NCBI GenBank assembly: GCA_964291315.2
Contig: OZ219753.1
Location: 192,001-256,000 of the forward strand
Reading direction: 5' to 3'
Source of the DNA: Candidatus Poribacteria bacterium
GTDB taxonomy: Bacteria > Poribacteria > WGA-4E > WGA-3G
Length of the DNA stretch: 64,000 nucleotides
Shown here: piece by piece, positions 20,352 through 30,644 of the stretch
Numbering within the stretch: position 1 is the first letter of the stretch
How the letters are laid out: each line of letters starts with the position of its first letter
The notes under the pieces: generated by a model
What the model was told of the DNA's origin: nothing
What the model saw: the letters and a program-made list of their open reading frames with translations, nothing else
The model's database searches: none
Program-made: the position numbers and the translations under genes

Positions 20352-22001
20352 TCAGTTTGTCTTGATAATTATATCAATTCTGTGGTTATGTTCCATTTTG
20401 TCTGTACCCTCCGTAGCAATCGGTTTGTCCTCGCCCAAACCGGCTGCAGTCAATCGTTCGATGTCAATATTTCCGGTATCAATAAAGTAATTCTTCACCG
20501 CGGCGGCGCGTGCTATACTTAAATTCCGATTGACATGGGCACTTCCCAATGAACTTGTATGCGATTCAATTCGGATGAGATAGGCACGAAAATCATTTCT
20601 CTGTAGAATTTCAGCAAGCTCCGCAAATGTAGGGAAAAAATCCTCTTGGAGAGATGCACTCCTAGGAGCAAATACATTTCCCTTAATACGAATTAGCACA
20701 CTATTCGGCAATTCTATGACATCGGAAACCTTAGCAATTTTCTTTGTTAACCCTATCAAATCTGATTTAATAGAAGTCAACTGCTGTGTGTTTTCGACAG
20801 CACGCGTTAAGAAACCGGTACCTTCCGCTGCAGCTTCAATTGCAGCCTGATATTCTTTAGCCTCCAATGCTGCCTCTGCCTCTGTCTGCTTGGATTTGGC
20901 GTTTTCGTACAGTTCTGCCCCTAATTGAGGCACCTCTGTGTTTTTTTGTTCAGCAATCTTTTCACCAAGTGTTTGAACTGCTTGCTCTGCTTTGGCTATT
21001 AGCAAATTCAATTTGGCTTGCGAGCGCTCCTTGAATTCTATCATCTCCACAATCGTGACCATGTCGTCTGCCATCCGTTGGGCTTGCTGGGCGGATTGGC
21101 TTGCTTGCTCATAGAGGCCTTTTGTCAACGCCTGTGTGGCACGTTGCAATTGTGCGCTCGTCTCTTCGAGTCGCTGTGGTTCATGCTGACTAGCATTGAG
21201 AAGTTGCGCTCGCTGAATGATGACTTCAGCCTTGGCAATCGAAATCCACGCACTGGTCTTCGCGTCCGTCTCTTCTTTCCATTTTTGTCTCGCCAACTCA
21301 TAAAGACTGTTGAGCATGGGTTGTGTCTTAGCAATAACCTTCTCTGCTTCGGCAAAATCTTCGCGTTCAATCAGGTTCGCTATCGAGGCAAGTGCTAGCT
21401 GGGTTTTTTCGTAATTCACAGTTGTTTCAATCGCCGGATAGAAATATAGAGTAGCACTAGTCAGAGCCTCTAAATTTGTGAGTGGTAAACGGAATTCTGC
21501 CTGACGCAGCGCGCCCTTTAAATCAGCAATTTCGGTCAAAAGTTGTTCCTTGACCTGCTGTACTTTGGCGTGTGAATCCAAAGTGTGATCAAGTTGCTTT
21601 TCGGTAATTACTTGCCGAATGTGGACGGCTTCGTGTTCATACTTCAGTGTCTTTATAATTTGCTGATATGTTTGTTCTCGGATAGTGGTAACCTGTTGTT
21701 GTGCTTGATGCTGTCGTGCCTTTGCTCTAGCAATTTGTGCTACTAATTCCGCTTGATACGCAAACTCTCCACTTTGAGAGGTATCGCCTTCTTTTTGTGC
21801 ATTGTGTGCGAAGTTTAGGAGTTTCACGGCTCTCCCATATTCTTCGGGAACCAAAGCTTCAGCCTCCAATTCAGCTGCCCTATTAATTGCCTGCTGGGCA
21901 TCTTGCAGTTGCGTTGCTAGCATGACTTCATTAATCTCTGGGACGGTACATCCAAAAAAAACGAGGTATACGGCTAAGAGCAACCATCCGTAGACTTTCA
22001 T
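20352..22001 (-). CDS. OmpA-family lipoprotein with DUF4398-like/coiled-coil repeats
   Basis: Lipobox-like FFGC, long Ala/Gln/Glu helices, C-terminal SHTSSLG..NRNLSIARA..GLGE..P..NHRIDI. Confidence 0.85.
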   Translation of the reverse strand: MKVYGWLLLAVYLVFFGCTVPEINEVMLATQLQDAQQAINRAAELEAEALVPEEYGRAVKLLNFAHNAQKEGDTSQSGEFAYQAELVAQIARAKARQHQAQQQVTTIREQTYQQIIKTLKYEHEAVHIRQVITEKQLDHTLDSHAKVQQVKEQLLTEIADLKGALRQAEFRLPLTNLEALTSATLYFYPAIETTVNYEKTQLALASIANLIEREDFAEAEKVIAKTQPMLNSLYELARQKWKEETDAKTSAWISIAKAEVIIQRAQLLNASQHEPQRLEETSAQLQRATQALTKGLYEQASQSAQQAQRMADDMVTIVEMIEFKERSQAKLNLLIAKAEQAVQTLGEKIAEQKNTEVPQLGAELYENAKSKQTEAEAALEAKEYQAAIEAAAEGTGFLTRAVENTQQLTSIKSDLIGLTKKIAKVSDVIELPNSVLIRIKGNVFAPRSASLQEDFFPTFAELAEILQRNDFRAYLIRIESHTSSLGSAHVNRNLSIARAAAVKNYFIDTGNIDIERLTAAGLGEDKPIATEGTDKMEHNHRIDIIIKTN

Positions 22002-22014
22002 AGTATTTTTCTCG

Positions 22015-22473
22015 CTATTTCTCCAGCGCATCTAGTTCAACTTTTATGGACTTAAGTTTCTGAAGTGCTTCAGTGGCGCTTTGTTGGTTGGTTTTCAACT
22101 GTTTTTTCGCTTCTTGAACATGTCCCTCTTCTCGAACAGCAATAGCGATTTCTGTTGCGATACGAGCATGAAGGTACGCTCGTAATGCTAATCGGTAAGC
22201 TTGTTCTGCATCACCCCCGTTCATTGCGTTCTTAGCGCTGGTAAGCATCTCCTCAGCAGTCCGTAGGGGCGGCAATGCAGCCCCTGTCTCCTGTGCCCCC
22301 ATGGTGTTTGCTGAAGTAAGGGCGACTTGGGCATTCTCCATAGTTTCTACAGCGAGCTGCTGTAACTGTCCACCACACCCTATGAGCATGGCTAAAACAA
22401 AAAGGCACACCGTCGATTTCACAATTAATCTGTTCTGTCTGTTTTGAAATGGTGTTGTCACTTGAACAGTCAT
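22015..22473 (-). CDS. DUF4398-like helical lipoprotein
   Basis: Lipobox LIGC; A..MGAQE...L..AEEML..A pattern; paired with the OmpA-family gene. Confidence 0.75.
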   Translation of the reverse strand: MTVQVTTPFQNRQNRLIVKSTVCLFVLAMLIGCGGQLQQLAVETMENAQVALTSANTMGAQETGAALPPLRTAEEMLTSAKNAMNGGDAEQAYRLALRAYLHARIATEIAIAVREEGHVQEAKKQLKTNQQSATEALQKLKSIKVELDALEK

Positions 22474-22719
22474 AGGTGGTCAGGTTGAATAAAATGTCAA
22501 AAACCAGATACTTAAGCTCCGTAAATGCTTTGAAATGCATGAACCATCAGTGGGAACGAAGGTTTGCTGCCTGTTCATGGCTAATAACCAACGGCTTATC
22601 AAAAGGTTTTCAACTTAATAGTGATTTCGCGAAATTGGAAACCTCCGATTCACTAGTGTTGTCAGTTATTATCACAAGGATGGCATCATATCATTAGTTA
22701 AATCAAAACCTGTTTTATC

Positions 22720-22771
22720 AAAAAAGCCTCGCTCAGATCGTGTGTCAATGCACGTCCCTTAGGCGAGGCTT
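22720..22771 (-). terminator. intrinsic terminator after rpmA
   Basis: AAGCCTCGC...GCGAGGCTT stem followed by a T run on the minus strand. Confidence 0.7.
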
Positions 22772-22797
22772 CTCATCGTTCCTGATGCCGGAATATT

Positions 22798-23064
22798 CTA
22801 AAACTCAGGACGTTCTGTATACACACTCACCTTCCGGCGATATTTGTCTTTCCTCTCGAACCATACATATCCATCTATTTTTGAGTAGAGCGTATAATCG
22901 CGTCCAACGCCGACGTTGTTGCCGGCATGAATGTGGGTTCCACGCTGTCGGGCGAGTATGCTCCCTGCCGTGACGTAATTTCCAGAAAACCTTTTGACAC
23001 CAAGTCGTTTTCCGATACTGTCACGTCCATTGCGAGTGCTTCCGCCGCCTTTTTTATGTGCCAT
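22798..23064 (-). CDS. rpmA: 50S ribosomal protein L27
   Basis: [27 protein letters not shown]. Confidence 0.98.
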   Translation of the reverse strand: MAHKKGGGSTRNGRDSIGKRLGVKRFSGNYVTAGSILARQRGTHIHAGNNVGVGRDYTLYSKIDGYVWFERKDKYRRKVSVYTERPEF

Positions 23065-23392
23065 CAGATTCCTCCTCCATTGCACCAATTGCGGTAATTT
23101 TCACGCGTGTGAATGATTGTCTGTGTCCTAATTTCCGTTTATATCCTTTACGCCGTTTCGATGTGAACACAATTGTCTTTTTCGCGCGCGCTTGTTGAAC
23201 AATCTCACCTGTAACTGTGGTGTTATCAAGATACGGTGAACCGGTTTGTAACTCGCCGTCCTCATCCTTGAACGCTAAAACGGAAGGGAACGAGACACTG
23301 GCACCGACATCAGCGTCCAGTTTTTCAACATCAATAAGGCTTCCAACTTCTACTCGATGCTGTTTCCCACCGCTTGCAAAAACTGCATACAT
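23054..23392 (-). CDS. rplU: 50S ribosomal protein L21
   Basis: [27 protein letters not shown]. Confidence 0.98.
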   Translation of the reverse strand: MYAVFASGGKQHRVEVGSLIDVEKLDADVGASVSFPSVLAFKDEDGELQTGSPYLDNTTVTGEIVQQARAKKTIVFTSKRRKGYKRKLGHRQSFTRVKITAIGAMEEESDGT

Positions 23393-23420
23393 TTTTAAAT
23401 ATCCCTCCTTTCTGTTTAAA

Positions 23421-23449
23421 ATTATACTCTAAAAACAATCTGATGTCAA
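23421..23449 (-). promoter_or_regulatory. consensus sigma70 promoter of rplU-rpmA
   Basis: TTGACA-17 nt-TATAAT. Confidence 0.85.
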
Positions 23450-23506
23450 TTCAGATTTTCCTGTCAACACTGACTAGAATCTAAAGTGGAGATCATCAGG
23501 ACAGCG

Positions 23507-25069
23507 TCAATCGAGAAATAACTCTTTGCCTCTGCCGACAAAGATTCTATAATCTTCGAGGTGCAGGTCAGCATTGGGTTCGAGGGTCAGTTTTAATTTC
23601 AACGTGTGTGTGAGTTCACTTAACTTATTTGACATCTCGGACTTTATGTGGGAAACGACATAATCATTTGCCATAACGCGTAATTCCGAGTGCTGGGTTT
23701 GGTGATGTGCCAATTTTATTGCGCGGAGCAGCTGAATGACAACCGTTTCGATCGAGAGAACCGTACCGTGTCCATCGCAATAGGGGCAATCTTCCATCAA
23801 TAAAGTGGCAAGACTTGGTCTAGTGCGCTGGCGTGTCATCTCGACGAGCCCTAGATCAGAGAAATGCAAGATATTCGTGCGCGCCCGGTCCTTTTGCAGT
23901 GCTTCTTGGAGCATTTTAAAGACCTGTCTTCGGTGTGCTGCCTCGTCCATGTCAATAAAATCGACAACGATAATACCTCCTAAGTCTCGCAGTTGAATTT
24001 GGCGGACGACCTCTTCAACTGCCTCAAGATTGGCGCTGAGAATTGTGTTATCAGGATCGGATTTGCCGACGAATCTCCCTGTATTAACATCAATAGAAAC
24101 CATCGCTTCAGTCTGTTGAATGATGATGTGGCCGCCACACTTGAGCCAAATTTTTTCACTGAGAGCGTCCTTGAGTGCACGTTCGACACCATAAGTGTCA
24201 AAGAGCCTTGCTTTGCCTCGATAGTGTGAGACTCTCGATTGCAGCTTAGGCATGACAGAAGAGACATACTTCATAACTTCTTGGTAGCCTGTTTTTGAAT
24301 CAATAAGGAGTTGTTTGACATCTTTAGTGAGCATATCTCGAACAATCCGATTCGTAAAGCTCAAATCTTCGCTAATGAGGGCGGGTGCGGGTTTTCGTTC
24401 GGCGCGCTCACAGGTCTCTTTCCACTGCTCAATGAGATATCGGATTTCAGCTGCAAATTCATCTTTGCATAAACCTTCAGCGGCAGTTCGTATGATAAAA
24501 CCCCCTTTGATGTCTGCCTTAATAGATTTTGCCATATCCCGGAGTCTATCGCGTTCTGCAAGCGATTCAATTCGCCGTGACACCCCGATATTTGAGGAGT
24601 TCGGCATGTAGACGGTATACCGTCCAGGGAGCGTGATGTTACTTGTAACGCGAGCCCCTTTGGTGCCTATAGGTTCTTTGCCGACTTGTACGAGGATTTC
24701 CTGATTTTTGGAAATGAGGTCGCTTATCAAAAACGGGAATCCGCGTCCACCGCGGAATTGATGCGGCTGCTTCGTTTTCAAATCCACGATAGCCGTGTTC
24801 TTAGCGGGCTTCCCATTCCCGTTCTCGCTTTCGTTGATGTTCTCATACCTGAGATCAGAAATATGCAGGAATGCATGCCTATCCAGTCCAATATCGACAA
24901 AGGCTACTTGCATGCCTGGTAAGACATTCTCCACCCGTCCTTTGTAAAGGTTGCCCAATGTTTGCGTCGCAGCTTTCCGTTCAATACAGATCTCTGTCAC
25001 CACTTGCTCTTCTAGCACAGCACAGCGGGTTTCATACTCATCGTCAGAAATAAGGATCTCCTTTTCCAT
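23507..25069 (-). CDS. rng: ribonuclease G (Rne/Rng family)
   Basis: GNLYKGRV..VLPGMQVAFVDIG S1 domain, IDVNTG, GGIIVVDFIDM, CPYCDG Zn-link; no long RNase E tail. Confidence 0.93.
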   Translation of the reverse strand: MEKEILISDDEYETRCAVLEEQVVTEICIERKAATQTLGNLYKGRVENVLPGMQVAFVDIGLDRHAFLHISDLRYENINESENGNGKPAKNTAIVDLKTKQPHQFRGGRGFPFLISDLISKNQEILVQVGKEPIGTKGARVTSNITLPGRYTVYMPNSSNIGVSRRIESLAERDRLRDMAKSIKADIKGGFIIRTAAEGLCKDEFAAEIRYLIEQWKETCERAERKPAPALISEDLSFTNRIVRDMLTKDVKQLLIDSKTGYQEVMKYVSSVMPKLQSRVSHYRGKARLFDTYGVERALKDALSEKIWLKCGGHIIIQQTEAMVSIDVNTGRFVGKSDPDNTILSANLEAVEEVVRQIQLRDLGGIIVVDFIDMDEAAHRRQVFKMLQEALQKDRARTNILHFSDLGLVEMTRQRTRPSLATLLMEDCPYCDGHGTVLSIETVVIQLLRAIKLAHHQTQHSELRVMANDYVVSHIKSEMSNKLSELTHTLKLKLTLEPNADLHLEDYRIFVGRGKELFLD

Positions 25070-25417
25070 TGTTACCTCCTATTGTGCCTGTATCCGAAAG
25101 GCACATCGATTAATTGACATGTCAAAAATCAGCAGCGTCGCAAAAAACTGTAAAGGCATTGCAGAATTGCCTCTTACGTTTTAATTCATGGCAGTGAGGC
25201 GTGTCTGCGGTCCAATCGAACGTCTGAGAAAAACCAGTATGTATGTGCGCTCGCCTCCTTTGGAGGTGAACGATACGGGGCGTACTATCTATCGTAAAAT
25301 CCACAATGACAGATCCGACATTGTACCATCTATCCTTGCTTGCGAAGGTGCGTCTGCTTAGATGCAATGTTTGTATATTTATGGACTTTACGGAATATTG
25401 GCATGTAAAGCCGCGTT

Positions 25418-26986
25418 CTACAGTCGTGGTGTCAGCGTCACAACGGGTGTTATCAGTTCACCCATCGAAATACCGCCGTGCTGGAATCCTCCTTGAAACT
25501 GCCGTTTATACTTGTGAAAATCGTTCGGATAGACGAAATAGTAATCGTCTTTTGCGAGAATATAGTCCTTGCTTGTGCTCTCCGAGGGAAGTCGATAATC
25601 TTGTGGGTTGCGAATATAGACTGCCTCGCCTTCTTCGCACCCTAAGTTAGCCCCAATTTTAAAGCGTAAGCTGGTGGTCGTGTCGCGGTTTCCAAAGGCA
25701 GGTGTCGCGCGGTTGCAGAAGACAGAGCCATGATCGCTCGTGAGTACGACAGTGGCGTTTTGTGCTGCAATAAGGCGCAAAATATCAAAAAGGACCGAAT
25801 GTGAGAACCACGAATGGGCTAGGGTACGAAAAGCTGTCTCGTTTGGAGCAAGCTGCTGTAAAATATCTAATTGTGAACGTTGATGTGTTAAGATATCAAT
25901 AAAGTTGATAACCAAAGCAGAGAGACTGGTGTGCTTAGTAGCAGCGACACGTTTCTTATAAGTATTTCCGCCCCGTGTGTCAAAAATCTTGAAGTATTGG
26001 AGTCCTGGTTTCAAACTTATACCTCTACGTTCAAGATGTGCTTCAAGAAGATGTCGCTCATATCGATTTGTGCTGGTGTTTCCATCTGATGCCTCTTGCC
26101 AATACTGTGGATAGCGTTCTGCAATCTCTTCCGGAAATAAGCCGCTAAACAAAGCGTTCCGCGAATACATGGTTGCACTCGGTAGGATTGAAAAACTATA
26201 TTGGCGATCAATAGAGAAATAGGGGTATAGAAGTGGTTCCACTGCCAGCCAATGGTCTAAGCGGAAGCAGTCAACGACAATAAAATAGACAGATTTTCCT
26301 GCTTGGAGCTCGGGTATAACATGTCGATCTAAGACATCTACGGAGAGTGGTGGTGTATCTGGACTCCCTGCGACCCAGTCTGGATAATGTGCCTCGACGA
26401 AATCAGAAAACTCAGCATTGCACTCCTTCTTTTGTGCAAGGTGTGTCTCTTCCAGTCCACCTTCAGCTAATTGCTCAGAAACCAAGTCCCATTGTAATAG
26501 CTTCAGATAGATGTCAACCCAGTTTTGCCAATTAGGTTCTGAGGCCTTCAGGGTACATATAGCATTGAAGTCCAGCGTATACCGGTTGGGAATTTGGCTT
26601 GCAACTATCTCGGGTTGATCTAGTACCCGTTTTAAGGTTGAGGCGATCTGGGCTACACCGATGGGTTTCACTAAAAAATCGGTCACCTGTTTACCGAGGG
26701 CACCCTCAACAAACTGCTCATCGCTGGATTGCGTAACAAGGATAACAGGAATTTGGGCATCAATGTCGCGGATAGCATCAAGTGTTGCCATTCCATCTTT
26801 ACCGGGCATGACCTGGTCAAGAAGAACAGCATTGTACTGTTTGTCAGTATTTGCTAAGAGCGCGATTCCATCATCACCGTTTGTGACCGAGGTGACAGCG
26901 TAGCCTCGTTCGCGCAACACATGAATATGTGGTTGCAGCGCTTCTATTTCATCATCAATCCATAAGATCTGGTGTGCTTGTACCAT
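25418..26986 (-). CDS. PorX-like response regulator with PglZ/alkaline-phosphatase-family domain
   Basis: ILWIDDEI, LLDQVMPG, VDCFRLDHW, SILPSATMYSRNALFSG, TSDHG, FQHGGIS. Confidence 0.88.
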   Translation of the reverse strand: MVQAHQILWIDDEIEALQPHIHVLRERGYAVTSVTNGDDGIALLANTDKQYNAVLLDQVMPGKDGMATLDAIRDIDAQIPVILVTQSSDEQFVEGALGKQVTDFLVKPIGVAQIASTLKRVLDQPEIVASQIPNRYTLDFNAICTLKASEPNWQNWVDIYLKLLQWDLVSEQLAEGGLEETHLAQKKECNAEFSDFVEAHYPDWVAGSPDTPPLSVDVLDRHVIPELQAGKSVYFIVVDCFRLDHWLAVEPLLYPYFSIDRQYSFSILPSATMYSRNALFSGLFPEEIAERYPQYWQEASDGNTSTNRYERHLLEAHLERRGISLKPGLQYFKIFDTRGGNTYKKRVAATKHTSLSALVINFIDILTHQRSQLDILQQLAPNETAFRTLAHSWFSHSVLFDILRLIAAQNATVVLTSDHGSVFCNRATPAFGNRDTTTSLRFKIGANLGCEEGEAVYIRNPQDYRLPSESTSKDYILAKDDYYFVYPNDFHKYKRQFQGGFQHGGISMGELITPVVTLTPRL

Positions 26987-27098
26987 ATTCAAATTTATAC
27001 AATCCTGCTCGCTGCAGTGCAGCACCCTTTTTCTTTTCAGTAGAAGTTAGACAGAAAGGGGTGTTTCTATTTAGTCGACAACGCTGGGTACTTAGGTT

Positions 27099-28589
27099 CT
27101 ATGCAACAGGCATCCGAATTTCAAAAATCGTTCCTTCAGGACTCGTTTTAACAACTCGGATACTTCCATGATGATACTCACGGATGATGCGCTGGACGAC
27201 TGTTAACCCGAGTCCCCATCCGTGTGTCTTCGTAGACATCCCCGGTTCAAATATCTTTCTCTGATTTTCGCGGGCGATACCGCTTCCATTGTCGGCGTAT
27301 CGTATGATAATATTGTCGGAGCGTTTATCGTGCCTCGCTTCAATCTGGATCCATCCATCTGTTTTATCCATGGCATCTAAGGAGTTGCGAACGAGGTTTT
27401 CAAACACCCAATGCAACAACAGCGCATTTGCAAGGATAGCGGGTATTTTATGTGGTATCAGCCGAATTTCCACACGGCGGCTAATATGCGGGAGCCGTTT
27501 CTCAAAGTAGATTTGAACTTCTTGAAGAATATCATCTAAATCCACTTCTGTTCGCGGAGGTTGAGTGCCGATCATGCCGAAGCGGGCAGTCGTTTTCTGC
27601 AAACGTTCAAGATCGCTTTGCATGTTTTCTGCGAGTTCAACGAGTGCTGGCTCAGTGGCTTCTTTGCTGCGTTCGTGCAGAAGCTCTGTCCATGCTAACA
27701 ACGACGAAATCGGCGTTCCGAGTTGATGCGCTGTTTCCTTAGCTAAGCCTCCCCAAATTGCCGAGAGTTCATAAGATTTTATCCGCTGATAGATAAGAAA
27801 ACAGACTGCCCCAAAGGCTAATAGGATTATCGGGACTATGAAAGGGATTATTAACCCATAATAGGGTTTACTTTCATAATAGAAGGAGCCGTAGTGCCAT
27901 TCTGGGTTCGTTTCAATCGCAGAAGATGCTTGTGCGTTCTGAATGAAGATTTCTGCTCGTTTACGTTGCTGTGCAGTTGCGTTATCAATCGTAATAACAT
28001 CGCCCCATATCTGCCACTTCTGCGGTGCGCCGGTGGTATCCGTTATCACAAACGGCAAGTGATAGAGCTCGCTGGGCGCTGCGTCGCCATAGTAGATATA
28101 TCCTTTTAGATGCCTATCTTCGAGGAGCATCGGTATTTTACGGGGCACATTTTTATTTTGCATCCGATCCAAAGTCGATCGCAATAAGACTTTTTCATCT
28201 TCTGTTAACGCCTCTCCATCATTTTGGTTGACTTGTATATCCAAATTGTTGATTTTGGCATCTAATTTTCTGTCAACACCTCGCGTGATTAAAACATTTT
28301 CCTCTGCATCTGTGATGATAAATGAAAATGGGCGTAACCTTTCTTCAGAGAACGACTTCTTGACGATCTTTATCAGCTTTAACTGAAACTCCCGCTCCTC
28401 GACACTGGGGAGCTCGGCCGCGAGATCGGCGAAAATGTCTATCTGCGCATCTATATCAGCGTTTAGTTGTGAGATTTGCTGGTTGTAATAAACAAATCCA
28501 AAGACTAGCATGCTGAGTCCAACAATGAAATAGACGGATATTAAGCGGGTGGTTGTATACCCCGGAGTAATTCGACGATTCAGGCGCAC
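27099..28589 (-). CDS. membrane sensor histidine kinase (PorY-like)
   Basis: Two TM helices, AKETAHQLGTPISSL H-box, ENLVRNSLDA, DNGSG, GWGLGL; start uncertain. Confidence 0.88.
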   Translation of the reverse strand: MRLNRRITPGYTTTRLISVYFIVGLSMLVFGFVYYNQQISQLNADIDAQIDIFADLAAELPSVEEREFQLKLIKIVKKSFSEERLRPFSFIITDAEENVLITRGVDRKLDAKINNLDIQVNQNDGEALTEDEKVLLRSTLDRMQNKNVPRKIPMLLEDRHLKGYIYYGDAAPSELYHLPFVITDTTGAPQKWQIWGDVITIDNATAQQRKRAEIFIQNAQASSAIETNPEWHYGSFYYESKPYYGLIIPFIVPIILLAFGAVCFLIYQRIKSYELSAIWGGLAKETAHQLGTPISSLLAWTELLHERSKEATEPALVELAENMQSDLERLQKTTARFGMIGTQPPRTEVDLDDILQEVQIYFEKRLPHISRRVEIRLIPHKIPAILANALLLHWVFENLVRNSLDAMDKTDGWIQIEARHDKRSDNIIIRYADNGSGIARENQRKIFEPGMSTKTHGWGLGLTVVQRIIREYHHGSIRVVKTSPEGTIFEIRMPVA

Positions 28590-28972
28590 TTTCGCATTTC
28601 TCCGTACACATCGGACACAACATATCAATATATTAATGGTACCACTTTTAAGGGGAAATTGCAAACCTATTTTGACTTTCGCGCGTTTTGGGGCCAAAGT
28701 CTGCTTCCGCAATTTTGATCTCTAAGTCATCTTGGTTACTTGCCGGATGCTAGTTCAACCTGCCTCAGCCCGTTCGAACAAAACAACACATTAGTTGACT
28801 TTTTGGAATAAATAGTGTAAAATAAAGTCTAAGGTTGTAGAATACAGTTTCTATTATCACCACTGCGTCAGAAGCTGCGTTCGTAGATGACACAAGAACA
28901 TTAACTCAATACTATTCGGAAAACACTCAGAGATTGGAAAAAACGAAAAAGACTTAAGAATGGGGCCACGTA

Positions 28973-29695
28973 ATGCTCAGAGCGATTACATTCGATTTTT
29001 GGCAAACCCTTTACGCTGACTCGGAAGAAAACTGGCAAAAACGTCAGGCGATACGGGCGAAAAAATGCCACATCTACTTGATCAGTCGTGATTATACTTG
29101 TAAGTTAGATGATGTCCTCTTCGGACTTGAAGAAGCATACAATTTGGTAATGACTCTATGGCATCAGCATCGAGGCGTATCCGTAAAACGATGCATGATT
29201 CGATTTGCAGAAGTGCTGGAGATGCAGCTGGAAGAGACAGATTTAAATCATCTAATTGCGTGCCTTGGTGTGGCTTTCTTGGAAGTACCGCCGATTATGA
29301 TACCACATGTCAAACCCGTGGTTTCGGGGCTTAGCGAAAACTATCCGCTTGGAATCATCTCAGATTCCGCATTGACACCGGGTAGTTTTGTGCGACAATT
29401 GATGGACCGGGACGGTATCCTACAATTTTTTTCGGCATTTACATTTTCTGACGAAACCGAGTATACAAAACCTCAAGCACCGCAGTTTCATTCAACCTTA
29501 GCAGAGCTCAACGCTGAACCAAAGGACGCGGTGCACATCGGTGACATTTTCCGAACTGATATTGTTGGCGCGAAAAACGCTGGGATGAAGGCAATTCGCT
29601 TCAAAGGTTTCAACAACGCGGAAGTAAACGACACCCTTAGCGATGCTGTTATTGATGACTACCGACAGCTAAAAGCTATTACCGCTGAACTTTGA
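28973..29695 (+). CDS. HAD family hydrolase
   Basis: FDFWQTL, IISD, KP, HIGDIFRTDIVGA. Confidence 0.88.
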   Translation: MLRAITFDFWQTLYADSEENWQKRQAIRAKKCHIYLISRDYTCKLDDVLFGLEEAYNLVMTLWHQHRGVSVKRCMIRFAEVLEMQLEETDLNHLIACLGVAFLEVPPIMIPHVKPVVSGLSENYPLGIISDSALTPGSFVRQLMDRDGILQFFSAFTFSDETEYTKPQAPQFHSTLAELNAEPKDAVHIGDIFRTDIVGAKNAGMKAIRFKGFNNAEVNDTLSDAVIDDYRQLKAITAEL

Positions 29696-29722
29696 AAATA
29701 TAAGACTTTACGGAGAGTAAAA

Positions 29723-30631
29723 ATGGCAAATGTATTGGTTACCGGTGGTACAGGTTTCATTGGCAGTCGGGTATGTGAAGCCCTTCACCAAAAAGGCGAT
29801 ACGGTTTATGTATTATCTCGCAATCCAGCACGTGTCCAAAGTAAATTAGGTTCAGCAAAAGCAGTCTATGGTTGGAATCCGGAAACTGAGAAATTACCAA
29901 CAGAAGCTACATTAGATATGAATGCAGTTATCCATCTGGCAGGTGAAACTATTGCCGGTAGATGGAATGCTGAAAAGAAACGGAAAATACGGGAGAGTCG
30001 AATTCTTTCGACACAGAACCTTATTGCCTCTTTCTCCGATATGGATACTACCCCGGATGTACTCGTCTGTGCGTCGGCAATCGGATACTATGGGGGTAGC
30101 AACAACGGAAACTTCACAGAGGGATCGCCCGCTGGCACGGATTTTCTCGCCGAGGTCTGTAAAGAGTGGGAAGCAGAAGCACAGAAGGCCGATGAGCTCG
30201 GTATTCGGGTTGTCACAGTTCGGATCGGGCTTGTACTCGGATTAGGGGGTGGACTTTTACAACAGGTGCTTCCCCCTTTTAGAATGGGAGTCGGCGGTGT
30301 ACTCGGCAACGGCAAGCAGTGGATGTCTTGGATTCATATCGACGATGTGGTGGGTATTCTACTTCACGCCTTGGATAGTAGTCATATTCATGGAGCGTTG
30401 AACGCGACTGCCCCGACCCCCGTTCGGAACACGGAGTTTACGAAAACACTCGGCGCAGTGCTACGGCGACCAACACTATTTCCTGTTCCGACTTTTGGGT
30501 TAAAACTTATGATGGGTGAATTTGCGGACTTCGTTGTGTTGAGTCAGAAAGTTATTCCGGAGAGAACCGAGGCAAGTGGTTACGAATTTTACTATCGCAC
30601 GCTGGGATCCGCTCTCAACGCCCTCCTCTAA
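29723..30631 (+). CDS. TIGR01777 family NAD-dependent epimerase/oxidoreductase
   Basis: TGGTGFIG, ASAIGYYG, FLAEVCKEWE, QWMSWIHIDD. Confidence 0.92.
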   Translation: MANVLVTGGTGFIGSRVCEALHQKGDTVYVLSRNPARVQSKLGSAKAVYGWNPETEKLPTEATLDMNAVIHLAGETIAGRWNAEKKRKIRESRILSTQNLIASFSDMDTTPDVLVCASAIGYYGGSNNGNFTEGSPAGTDFLAEVCKEWEAEAQKADELGIRVVTVRIGLVLGLGGGLLQQVLPPFRMGVGGVLGNGKQWMSWIHIDDVVGILLHALDSSHIHGALNATAPTPVRNTEFTKTLGAVLRRPTLFPVPTFGLKLMMGEFADFVVLSQKVIPERTEASGYEFYYRTLGSALNALL

Positions 30632-30644
30632 GTGAGGGCATACA

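Noticed and set aside
22798-23392. rplU-rpmA without an intervening prp gene
   Set aside because: Ordinary arrangement; L27 has no N-terminal extension.
25418-26986. BREX defence system suggested by the PglZ domain
   Set aside because: PglZ is fused to a receiver domain (PorX architecture) and no brx genes are nearby.
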